Below are positions 24,813 through 36,316 of a stretch of 64,000 nt of DNA, piece after piece. Source of the stretch: Marsupella aquatica (taxonomy: Eukaryota > Plantae > Marchantiophyta); contig OZ316894.1 of assembly GCA_973895155.1 (NCBI GenBank), positions 23,620,709-23,684,708 on the forward strand. Reading direction: 5' to 3'. Position 1 is the first letter of the stretch, and every line of letters starts with the position of its first letter. The notes beneath the pieces are model-generated. The model had not been told where the DNA came from, made no database searches, and saw only the letters and a list, made by a program, of their open reading frames with translations. Both the position numbers and the translations under genes were made by a program.

Positions 24813-25617
24813 CCCGGTTTGGACTTGTCCGACAAATAGAGGCCTTTGGACTCGACAACCGACAAGTTGTCACCCGGTCCACCCCGGTCCCCGGTCCGGC
24901 TCCCGGCCGGTAATTCCCGGCCCGGCTACTTTCCTCCCGGCCCTTAAAGCCAACGGGAAAATCTCGCCCCGGACCGAACTCCCCGCCCCGGTCCCGGCCC
25001 GGTCTCTACCCCCGGCCCGGTCCCTTCCCGGCCCGGCCCCGCATCCCACCCGGTCCCTTCCCCTTCCCGGCCCTGCCCCTTCCCCTCCCCCTTCCCGGCC
25101 CGGCCCTCCCCCTCCCCCTTCCCGGCCCGGCCCTACCCCTCTCCTTCCCGGCCTCTTCCCTTCCCCTCCCCCTTCCCGGCCCGGCCCTACCCCTCCCCTT
25201 CCCGGCCTCTTCCCTTCCCCTCCCCCTTCCCGGCCCGGCCCTACCCCTCCCCTTCCCGGCCCCTTCCCTTCCCGGCCCTGCCCCTGCCCATTCCCGGCCC
25301 GGCCCTCCATTCCCGGCCCCGCATCCCTCCCGGCCCCGCACTCGGCCCGCCTTCACCTAGTGTTTGTGAGGCCCGGGCCGGGTGCGGGGCCGGGCCGGGA
25401 AGAGACCGGGCCGACCCGGGTGCCGGACCGAGCCGGGAATGGAAGGGGCCGGGAAGAGTCGGGGAGGGAATGGGCCGGGCCGGGAAGGGATTGGGCCGGG
25501 CCGGGGCCGGACCGGGGCATAAAAAGGAATATGCGACAAATAGGGTCATTTTCGGGCGACAAATGACAAGTTGTCGTGTCCGACAACACGACAAGTTGTC
25601 CGACAGCTCAAACCGGG
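24813..25617. mobile_element. 805-bp GC-rich foldback/MITE element with perfect 8-bp TSD
   Basis: TSD cctccaac at 24805-24812 and 25618-25625; TIRs cccggtttg...gacaa / ttgtc...caaaccggg. The interior is CCCGG-rich on the left and CCGGG-rich on the right and contains a 54-bp tandem unit. Confidence 0.85.
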
Positions 25618-26209
25618 CCTCCAACTCCATCAACCAGACAATTTCCGCATTGGCGATCACTCCAAATCATTCTCCTTTGGTTCAGTCTGTTATTTAACTC
25701 TTTCTTGAGGGGTATGGGTATCATGACAGCAATATTTTTATTTTATTTTTTCTACATGTCCGAATATTTTTATTTTATTTTTTCTACATGTTCGTTACTG
25801 GGTCCTACTACAAGACAAGAGGCCTAAGGTGCCATGGCTAGTGGGGCATCCTGGGCACACTGCCCAAGGGCAAAAAACTCCAAACCTGGAGACAAGATCC
25901 CAAAGTCAAAGGAACCCAATGAAAGGGAGGATAAGAGGGGAAAGGGCCCCAAGAAAAACAAGCCAAGGGTCCCTAACTTTTTTAGGGAGTCCCCTTGTGC
26001 CCAACATGTAATTTGGAAGTGCATGTGCCCATCCTTTTGGGAATGTGTGTTCACTCAATTTATATTTTACTACTTTCCCTAGGCTTTTTGAGTGGCTTTT
26101 TGAGTGGCTTTTTGAGTAATGTTGTGTACTACATCACTCCATACTATGATAATATCTTGTTATTTTTTTAAAATTTAAAAGTGTGTAGCATATATCATCA
26201 CATTTTGAT

Positions 26210-27560
26210 GTGCGATTCCCGACAGGGAATAAAATATACAAATTTTGTACAGAATAGGGCCAAACAGAGTACAAAAGAACAAACAAAAGAGGTCACTTGG
26301 GGACAAAGTCAAACGCAAAAGAAGGGAACAATAGGAAACCTCTCAAAACCAAGAAAGAGGAACTAAAACTAACGCAAACAAACCAAGGTCCTCGTCATTC
26401 CTAGCAAATGTGGCAAAAAGCTAATGGTCCACATCAAGTGTCAAAACTAAATTGGCAAGTGGGACAGGAATATCCTGTAGGGAGGCTAGCCGCTGCGGAG
26501 GCACACTAGCACCCACTATCAGAGATCAACAATAGATGGCCCAAGCTTCAGCACGTTGTAACGTGATTGAAATGCGTTGGTAAAAGTGCATGGTCAAAAC
26601 AGATAGTGGGGATCCGATGGGGCCCATCCAACACATGAACATCCCAAGAAGCTTATCGAAGAAGCCCGTCGAACTGATGATGAAAACGCCCAAATCCCGG
26701 CCCAAATATCTCAAGAGCAAGGGGGGAAGCTATCAAATGAAGCTCGTGCAACATATTTGGTCTCCTTCGTTGTTGTCGCTTGTGATGTTGTTGCCCTGGT
26801 TGTTGTTGCCATTGTCCCAATGATGTCTTGGCACAATGGGTTTGCCATCACTATATCCAACTGTAACCATTGTGATGGAGGACCAGGTAACTCGAGCACC
26901 ACCTCCCGCCGCACGCAGACCAAAGAGGCAGAGAGAACCTGAATAAACCTAGGTATAAGAAGTGGGTGGGGCAGCCCCATACGAAGACACATGACTGTTG
27001 AGAACTCCGTTGAAGACATCCGCAGATGAGGAATGACTGGATTGGCCTGAAGCCATCCTCATGTGCCCTAGCCTTCCCTCCGGAAGAAAGAATCTGAGTT
27101 TGGTCCGTGCCAGGTGCCTCAATGAGAATGCTGGAGAGGGTGAAAGCGTGCATATGCCCAGCAAGGTCTGCCTGAAGACGGACAGGGTCCAAGGGCTGAT
27201 AAAAACTCATGAAATGAAGGTAACGCAACTTGGACGGGATCTGGTAATCATGACCGCACCGCGCGCAAATGAACTGGAAATGGGAGGGAACCCTCCTCTA
27301 CCTCTATGATTGAGAGACAAAGTAAAAAAAGGTCAATCCTAAGTAAGGAAACAATCAGCCAACAATGAGAAGGCGGCCGCCCACGAGCTCAAAAAGGCCA
27401 AAGGTGCAAGGCGCTCAATGGAAGTAAGCCCAAAACCACCCTGAGGAATAGGAAGATTGAATTGTCAATGTAACCACGAAGATCAGAGTACCTGGCCCTA
27501 AAAGAGAGGCCAAAGTCTCAAGAACGGAGACATCAAACGCTTGGAGGTCTAGACAAAGAT
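26210..27560 (-). mobile_element. Decayed CRE-clade-like non-LTR retrotransposon, 3' part (post-RT region and restriction-like endonuclease)
   Basis: Frameshifted minus-strand fragments MSSTEFSTVMCLRMGLPHP, VRREV...LDIVMANP...TKETKY and HFYQRISITLQRAEA resemble the F..A.RLRLGLP, (PD)..D...K..KY and QRISIA.QR motifs of RLE-type elements. Confidence 0.6.
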
Positions 27561-28965
27561 CCTCGATAGAGGCATGCGTCCGTGCCAAATAAGATGCGCG
27601 AGGGTGGATGCAAGTGATGGACCTTGCCACCCAACGCCCTCACCAATCCCAACACCCACATCTAAGTGCCCCTACAGTAGTGCCCGAACGCCTCTACAAA
27701 ATACCTTGAGTAAGCAACCTGGTGCCCCTTGCACCGCTTGTGGTCCCTCCCATATGAAGCCGCACTTGCTCTTCAATACGAGTCCTGCTACTCAACGGTC
27801 CTCACTATTTGCACAAGCGACCAAGCATCTCGGTCAGTAACCCCAAGTTAGGATCTACATCTCTCAAGTCTAGCATCATAACTCAAGCTCAACAGACATT
27901 GGTAAGTAGGTCAGCGATAGGTCCTCCCGATGCCATAAGCCGGAACCAGAACGGACACCCACTGTGTGTCCAGATGGGTGTCCAGAACAACTCCTTCTTT
28001 GGGTGCAGCCCGGGTTCCCCCTCGTACCTATATATCCATCACCAACTGACCGCCCTGCTCCCAAGACATGCTCATGGCCCAAATAGCATAGCTTGTCCTA
28101 AAGTTTGTCCCAAGCTTGTCCCAACACGTCGGGACCATAATGGCTCAGACTCTAGCAACCAACTCCCAATTCTCGCCCCACTGATGGTCTAGGGGCCAAC
28201 TTCCCTTGGAACTCAACTTCCACGCCTACTCGGCCTTGCCTCTCCAACGCAAGCTCCCTTAAGAGACTGAACGCGGTTTGACTGCTGTTTCGGTAGGATT
28301 TGGCAAGCGGGCCAGATAGCCCCCCGCAAACCCCAAGATCCTATGGCACCCCTAGATCCAGCTGAGCTCAGGAGGATGTAGCCTTCCTTGAGAGGTTTCC
28401 AACGCGCCCAAGAAGTCCTCCAACGGACTCGAGTTGGAAAGTTATTGATGTTTCCGTTTGGCATTTTCCTTTAGTGTTGCGATCGCCGCAGCTCACGATT
28501 TTGGCGCGCCCTTAGCCCCTAGAGAGACACCACTCCCCTCATATATGCTTTTGGAGACCTGCCACCCCCGGACCAACTTTGGTCCCCAAATTTTGGCCCC
28601 CCACCTGGACCTTAACCCGCATGTCTGGGCGCGCCACCAACTTGCAATGCCCATAACTTTCTAGTTAGGCATCCATAATTTGAGTGCCTTAGACTGTTGT
28701 GATTGAGCCGACCTAGTGCTCATGCCTAGGCCCTCGGATCCCATCAAAGCCTGGGACCCCCGATCGGCCAAACCCGGATCGGGCCATAACCGGGGCCATA
28801 ACTTGTGCCCCAAGCGTCCATTGCCCATGGAGTCAACTTCATTGGCCTTGGGCCCAAGAGGAGCTCTCACTCAAGCCCTCAGAACTAAAAGTCTGTCCAG
28901 GGGTCTGTACGGTCGACCTTAAGCCCGGCCCTTTTCCGTTGACCCGACCAGCCTTTGGCTAGTCT

Positions 28966-29263
28966 CTCGGGGGTTTCACTTCCACAAAAATGGCACATCA
29001 CGTGCGACGAAAGATAGAGTCATTTTATTGGTTTGAAGGGAAGACTTAAGAATTTTTGCAGAAGAACAATAGGATCTTTTAAATTCAATTTTGAGACTTA
29101 TAAGAACATTAGGGTCTTTCTAACCAAATTTTTAGAATATTCCAAGAATATTTCAACTTTATAGGGGTTGAAATATTTTTTAAAAAATCTTACATTTTAG
29201 GGGGTCCGAGGCCTAAAAATGTAGTAGGCGATGGGGAGGCATCCATATAGTGAGGCCTCGAAG
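28966..29263. mobile_element. ~298-bp MITE (CTCGG / 8-bp TSD family) nested in long repeat A
   Basis: Flanked by gctagtct at 28958-28965 and 29264-29271. It is absent at the matching site of copy B (~43480). Its interior matches 39524-39808 in inverted orientation. Confidence 0.75.
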
Positions 29264-29330
29264 GCTAGTCTAAGTCCTTAGTGTGTGTCACCAGCTCAGC
29301 GTCTTGCCTTTTCCCGTGCCACGCCCCATT

Positions 29331-29662
29331 TGTTAAGGATTGCTCTTAGTCTTGTGACTCATAGGTTACGGCACTTAGGCTAACCACAGTTAGGATCTTA
29401 GCTGAGGTTAGATTAGTCGTGTGTGATCTTGTATATACCAGGGCTAGTGTAAGCCGCTGGTGTGTGGTGCTTACTGATTGTAATAGATCAACTTGAGGAA
29501 GAGGGAGAGGATGTGTGTTCGTCTACTATTGAAGTAAAGCTTGAGTGTTCGTGTGGACGTAGCCTTGGAGAAGAGGTGAACCACGTAGAGATTGTGTCGA
29601 CTACGTGTGCATGGAATGAGTCATGGTTGTATGGTCGTTGCGAATGACGTCTTAGTTCAACA
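29331..29662 (+). mobile_element. Solo LTR (Ty1/copia type), 332 bp
   Basis: TGTTAAG...TTCAACA termini and a perfect 5-bp TSD ccatt. It shares gtggacgtagcc...gaaccacgta...tgtgtcgactac with the LTR at 59224-59566. Confidence 0.85.
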
Positions 29663-32478
29663 CCATTGCCCACAAGTCTCCCCATGCTAAGTCCTCCCCG
29701 GATGGCCGTTCCGGCCTGGACCATAGGGGAGCTCAGCGTCGGAGTCAGCAACGCCGGAGCTAAATGTTAAGGTAGTCGAGTTCTGCGACTAAATCTAATC
29801 CAAGGAGAACCATGGCAAAACTCAACCGTTGGGGCCGATCTTGGTATCGATTTGAAGCGTCTCAAGAAGAGTTTTCTGAAGCAATTGACAAATCCAGAGT
29901 CAATAGAATTGACTGAGATGTGGTCCCAAAAATTTCATGAAAAGTCACCCTGCCAAAACTCAGGGTTTGAGCCACTACTTAGTTTGAGACCAGAAGTTCA
30001 ATGGGAGCCAAATGTTTTCTAAGTTATTTATCATGAGCTAGAATGATACCCTGGGTTGCATGATTATTAGAGAAGGCAAGGGCACGGATTGTGAGGGGAG
30101 GCATGGATCATGAGGCAAGGCAGGGGGAGCACACAGCAAGGTTTTTATTTTTTATTTTGAGTTGGTCCTTGTTTTGTCTTTGGTACCCGTCAATCTTGCC
30201 ATCCACCTCTTCAAATACCACAATTACTCAGAGTACCATTGCTATAAAAAACAATTCCTCAAAAATGCATATCTTTTTCGTTGTAGGACTGATGACCCTG
30301 AATATGCAACAGTTAGCTGGCAAATTTTACCCCTATACATTCAACACTTGGTTAGCAATTCTTGTCATTAAATGAAGGTACATAGTAATTTTGTATCATT
30401 TGTTTCAGCAAACCCAACTTGAGGATTTCAGGTCTGCCTTGGGAACTTGCTCACTATCTCGAGTCCTACAAATACCCTAAAATCTACCCCTGTGAGAACA
30501 CCTGTGAGAACACCTATTACTTTCTTAGTGTAGAGACTGAGATAATACGCAGTGAGGCATCATGGGAGGAAGAGCTGCCCAAGGACCACCTCACTATGCT
30601 GTTGTTTAGCTCCACCATTGCCCATCTCTAAGAAGAAATACACAAAGTATGTGCCATGCACTCAACCATGCAAGCCAGAAAAATTGAACATTTTAGAAAT
30701 ATTTTCACTATCAATTTTAAATGATAGATTTTAGTTTATAATGGTAAGTAGTAAGAAATACTCTCTCCATTGATAGAGTTGCTGCAACAGTTTAAGCAAT
30801 CCCAAATGGTAATAAAAAAACTTTTGTTACTATCATATTTAGATAATTGAGAAAACAGATAATCTTTAAGTTACCCAAAAGTGTTAAGATCACTCTCAAA
30901 TAGGTAATATTTTTTGTAGTGTTTCACACGCAAAAAGATTTGTTCCTTATATATAACACTGCCAAAAAGACAGGAGCACCAAACCCGGAGATATGGTCCC
31001 AAATGCAAAAAACCCAATAAAGAGGGGAAGGAAAGACCCCAAGAAGACCAAAGAGGCCCAACAATCTCCTGGCCCGGCCACCCAGGGCGCAAGGGGTAGA
31101 CCCAGTCTCGGGCAGGGAGAGCCCACCACCCACCACACAAAACCCTGCAGCGAACCCAAAGCCAACAACCACCAAAACCGGCAACCACTTAGAGTTTGGA
31201 TACATTTTTTAGTAACTACTTTAAAACAACAATAAATTGGCTATGGATGATTTGGTTGGTATGTTTCAATATATGTTAACTACAAAGTGTCTTCTCCTCA
31301 TTATGTATTCGGTCCTTTACAAAGTGTTGGCCCCACTTCTATCATACGTGTCATTTTTCTAGTAGTCAGACAACTCTTTAGCTTCTAAAGTATTTTGAAT
31401 CCATTTCAACAAAATGGTGGGCCTCTCATGTTTTTTCATAATGAGGTTAGCAACAGGTACATCAATCAAAATCACAAATTTAGGAAACACAACTTTGGGC
31501 TCTTTAGTCTGACAGGCACCAAATGATCCCTGGCGGAGCAAGCAAAAGGCGCAATAAGCTTTTCTTCCCTTTGTTCTTTCATGTCAAAAAGAGAATCTAC
31601 ACGAGACAGTGAAATGTAAGAAAAAGGGGGAACTCTTGGACACTTCCCCTTTACATTATGGGTAGTTGAGGTGTAACTCTAGTGGAATTGTGGCATTGTA
31701 AACCAGGATGCACATCTGAATTTTGAGAGCCTGTACAAATGTGGAAGTCTAGTGACTGGACTCCCTTCCTTCAGTGTACTCTACTATGTTAGTAGAAAGT
31801 CGCAAAGTTTCAGAACCAAAATATGAGCAATGAAATGTCTTTTCTTGAGGGTGGATGAGAATTTATACATGGAAGAGCAGCCACTTGGTGCCTGGTCATA
31901 TCAAAGTGGTATAATTCAATTTATTCAAGTCTAATATTTACTGTGTGCGCCTAGCTCCTAATTCTCAACTCATGGACTTCCTCGGAAAAGTGCACATGGA
32001 TCCTGAATCAAATTCAATTATTACACACAGATTTCTCGATGAATTTATGTTATCAAGTCATGACAGAATTTCACAACAGACTGGACGTGAAAATGAACTG
32101 TAGACAATCATTAGCATTGGAGCTTGGCTTGCTTAGGTGAATGTTAGAATATAATCGGGTCACAGTAGGATTCAAACTCAGGATTTCTCTCCCCCAATTG
32201 AGCTGAGCTCATGTGAGTAGGCACTCATGTAGGCTATTTAACCTACATAGTTCTGCACATGCAGGCAGCAGGTAACACTTACGGCCTAATTAATGTGAAT
32301 TAGCATTAATTGCCCTTAGATTAGCTTTCTCCTTAATTTCCAAGAGGACCCAACTGTCTTTTCCAATATCATTCCTTAATTTCCAGCTTTTCTTTCTGAA
32401 ACAAGCTTCAATAGAACATTGTCTTGCTTGCGTACAGTGTGTACCTCATTGCAGTGTTGAATTTTCAACAAATCCTTA

Positions 32479-32980
32479 GAGAATCTCCAACCCAACCGGC
32501 ATTTGTTTATTGGGTATATTAAATACCCAGTCTAACACCGTCCTATATTTAGTTCACTCTTCATATCTTTTGAGGCCAACTGAAAGCAGCCCCAACCCCC
32601 CAACCCTGACTGGGTAATTTCCCTAGAGAGCAGGTATCAACAACTGACAGCCATAGATTGAGACTTGAAAACCCAACAACTAACCCGGTAAGGAGTCAAC
32701 TAGTGTATAATCTCCCCCATATACACTAATTGAGATCTTGAAAACCCAACAACTAACCAGGGGAGGGGAAGGAGTCAACTAGTGTATTATCTCTCCCATA
32801 TACACTAACCAGCCATTCCCTTTACTGAAATCCAAATATTTTTCAGGTGGGTTGGACATGACTTTTTAGATTTTCTTTAGAGTGTTTGGTCGAGATGGTT
32901 TTCAGGTGGATAGATTTTCTGTAGTGGGTTTGGTCAACCCTTAATTAGGTTAACAAAACCCAGTTGGGTTAGAGATGCTC
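32479..32980. mobile_element. Tourist-like (PIF/Harbinger) MITE, 502 bp
   Basis: TTA TSD on both sides; TIRs gagaatctccaacccaac / gttgggttagagatgctc (GAGCATCTC-type); internal ~73-bp duplication at 32658-32810. Confidence 0.8.
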
Positions 32981-33867
32981 TTACTCAAGATTTGGCTAAC
33001 AAGTTAGCAAAGAAACACTGAATTTTTTACTTCCAAGCTCGAGATGTATGCTCAACATGATAACCATTTCTCCATTGACAACATTTCATCCTCTAAAGAG
33101 TTTGACATTTCCTTTCGACGCGACAGAATAGAAAAACCACACAAATCATCGACCATACAACACTTCAATGCGTTCATGTCTAGCGAGCTCTAGTCTCCTG
33201 CTGCTCAGCTTCAAGCCGCTCATGATCCATAATTGTAGAGGGAAGTTCAGGACACTGACTCTTCCGATACTCGGGCAGTCCGTAAAACAAGTTTCCCAAT
33301 TATGGGCTCTAAGACTCTCATCTACCCATGCATCAGACTCACAACAGTGAACAGATCGCTGATGTTTTGGAACTCCAACAAGTAACTAAGAGGAACATTT
33401 GCCTTAGTCTCTGCTCCAACTGATCAAATCATTCACCCTTCTTCACTGCGGAAAGATCGGGGGACAGATAGGTATCACGTCAATATGCACCCTCCAGCCT
33501 TCACGAGAACATCATGCCCCCCTTTTTTTTCGACAAGTGTTCAGCTTTCCAAGGCCTAGAGTGTCGACAACAGACCATCCGCTACCTTCAACTCCAGTTG
33601 AACTACTTTCCTAGTAGCTCCTCTTTTGATATCTGATCTAATGTGGTCCGACGATCCATTTGTCCACATATTTTGTGCAGCAATTTCCTCCTTTAGAAGC
33701 AGAACATCCCTCATCTCGTAAAGTCTTGGAATGCAATTGAGTGGTGTTCGCGGAGTCCAAGACCAGGAGACTGAGGCAACCAGCTGATCCACAAGAGGGA
33801 CAGGTCCTTCATATATGAAGTCCATGCCACCGGCATGGAAGAATTGACGACAGCCACCGGCCAACAT

Positions 33868-34138
33868 AACTTTTCTTCCTAATAAGTGGCACGAGTATTC
33901 AAATCTAAATCATCGTGGTTGCTTTGAATGAGCACGGACTGCACGAGGACTGGAGGAAAGGATTCGTTTTCCTCACAAAACAATACTGGAACCCGGCCTA
34001 ACAGAACTTTTCTTCCTAATAAGTGGCACGAGTATTCAAATCTAAATCATCGTGGTTGCTTTGAATGAGCACGGACTGCACGAGGACTGGAGGAAAGGAT
34101 TCGTTTTCCTCACAAAATAATACTGGAACCCGGCCTAA
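33868..34138. repeat. Near-perfect tandem duplication of 134 bp
   Basis: 33868-34001 and 34005-34138 are identical apart from one substitution that I could see. Confidence 0.9.
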
Positions 34139-34868
34139 ATTAAGTAGGGTGTCTCCTCTTCCGTGGCACCCAGGCCTCGAGCGCAATGGTGTCAACAATT
34201 ATCGAAAGATTACACTGTTTCTTTTCTCCATCACCAAAACAGTCCGTCCGATGCTCTTTCGTAATTATCTTGAGTGTGTATTTTTTTAGCACGAATGAAG
34301 GACAAGTTTGTTTTGTCTGGAATCCAAATCTATACCAAAATGCCAACCTTCCTATTAATAATAGAATCTATGTTGTCCAATAGTGCTGTTGCTCGGCCCA
34401 GTGTAATATTCTACTGTTGTTGTTGTTAGTGAACGTCGATATTTCATACGAATGGATGCCAGAATTCCGTCCATCAAGAATGCAGCTATCGAAGACCTCC
34501 AAGGCACGGAGGGATGAACTCAATCTGGCGGTGATCAATGCAGAGAGGAATTAAATTGAGAGGAAGGATATGGAAATTGGAAATTGGAAAGTGGAAATTA
34601 TTTTTCCTCCATCTGAAGTCGAGAGCCATCTCCAAATTGAAGTTATAATTCTCTTCTTGAAAATTATGCAATCCAAATGAGCAGTCGTATGAATTGATGA
34701 AATTCTTCGTTCCGATCGACAACCTTCGACGTCCAAGTCACATGCAAAATTTCGGAAGCACCGGTCGAGCTGTTGAAACTATCGGAAAGGGTCTTAAATA
34801 CAGACACAGTGAAAGCTCTCCATCAATCTACGTCCAGTTTCGAAGGGCAAAGAGATTGATTCACCGAA

Positions 34869-36316
34869 TTATGCAAGTGCCATAGACTGCAAGTTAGCTA
34901 CAATTGAACTGGCTCTGAACCTCCCCCCTGTCCCGTGGAACTGCCCCCGCAGATAGATCCCCCAGGCGTGATCGGCTGCGGCATGCGCATCGTACTCATA
35001 GAGCCAGCGGCAGAGTTCTGGGTCCGCCAAACGATTCGGAAAGCCCTCGAAGGGCTCTTCCTCAAGCAGCTGCCTGTCTCGCTCCTCTTGCTCGGGCCCA
35101 TCGCGCATGTGGTAGGTGTCGCGGAACTCCGTGCTCTCCTTCACAACGCGAGTCGTGCGGGCCTTGCGGATGCGCTCGTAAATGACGATGACGTCCTTGA
35201 GCTGATCGGGGGTCTGGAGTTTCTCGAACAGCCGACCCAGGACAGCACCGTCCTCGACGGCCATGGCGGCGCCCTGCGCCAGATTGGGTAGAGTGGCATG
35301 GCAGGCGTCGCCGAGGAGAACGCAGGTGCCGGAGGGGTGCGACCACGTAAACATCTCCTTCGAGTTTTGCAGACGCCACTTCGCCGTCTCCTGCACGATA
35401 GAGAGCAAGGTGCGCAATCTGGGATCCCATTGCTTGAAGAAGTCCCAAATTTCCTGAATGTTGGCTTTCGCGGTGTTCACCAGTTTGGGCAGATTGTCCG
35501 GGCAAACAAGCACGATGTTGCAGAGACCACCGCCTTTGAGGAAGTAGCAGATGGCATGCGCATTGGGACCTATCCAAGTAGTCATCGCTGGCTTCGAGGC
35601 AAGGTCGATGAGGTCCGGGTGCTGCTTCATGTCCTCTGCTTTGACTGTGATGCGGTACGCCAGGTTGCCAGTCAAGTGTGGAGGGTCGGGGTGGCCTAGG
35701 ATTGCTTCCCGACATGCGGATCTGAGACCGTCGGCTCCCAATATGATGTCCGCAGTGAACTCGCTGCCATCCTGAATCTGGAGGGATGGCTTGTCGAAGT
35801 CGATGCTTTGGACAGTTGACCCGAGACGGAACTGCACGCCGAGGCGATCGGCTTCTTCGACAAGGATGCGGTGGAAGTCAGCACGGTGGATGTGAAAGTA
35901 ACGCGCACCGTATCTGGCTTCATAGTCGGGGACGATGCTCTGTTTGTTCAAGACCTTCCCGTCACGGTAGGACCGGACGATAAATTCTTCGGGGCTGACA
36001 GAGAAGGATTCGAGCTTGGAGAGCAGACCCCACCGCTCAAGTATCCGCAACGAATTTGGAGGGATCTGAATCCCAGCACCGATCTGTGAATTGGACGAGA
36101 AAATCCTTCAGTAATGTCCCTACTCATTAATATATGCAGACTTTATATGGGCTACGAACATCATAGGTTAGTTAGGCCGGAGACTAGCTAGCTCACCTCG
36201 CCAAGCACAGCAGCTTGTTCGAAAATTGTCACTTGATGCCTAGCTCTTGCGATTCCAATCGCAGCTGCGAGGCCACCAAGTCCGGCTCCTACAACCGCTA
36301 CATGCTGCTTCTCCAT
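34869..36316 (-). CDS. FAD-dependent monooxygenase (salicylate hydroxylase-like group A flavoprotein) of fungal type; 2 exons (36316-36197, 36083-34869), 444 aa
   Basis: Exon 1 reads MEKQHVAVVGAGLGGLAAAIGIARARHQVTIFEQAAVLGE (Rossmann GxGxxG). A 113-nt GTGAGC...CACAG phase-0 intron follows. Exon 2 contains IGAGIQIPPNS, IHRADFH, DIILGADGLRS (DG motif), LLGDACHATLPNLAQGAAMAVEDG (GD motif) and HMRDGPEQEERD. Confidence 0.9.

Larger units (their letters stand above)
27613..29790 (-). mobile_element. Long dispersed repeat copy A, probably a solo LTR of a Ty3/gypsy-like family, carrying two nested insertions
   Basis: Colinear with 41822-43684 along its length; TATA-like GCATATATGAG on the minus strand at ~28545; no coding capacity. 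Confidence 0.6.

Noticed and set aside
24766-25660. Pro-rich 266-aa ORF and overlapping Gly/Arg-rich ORFs (extensin/formin-like appearance)
   Set aside because: They are by-products of the GC-rich CCCGG repeat inside a TSD-flanked transposon, which is open in several frames on both strands.
25830-26040. Purine-rich segment similar to 30960-31100
   Set aside because: Probably a retroelement 3'-end fragment; the boundaries and family could not be defined.
33100-33870. Possible F-box/LRR-like pseudogene fragments on the minus strand (similar impression at 37300-38200)
   Set aside because: They have multiple stops and no motif I can identify with confidence; BLASTX is needed.
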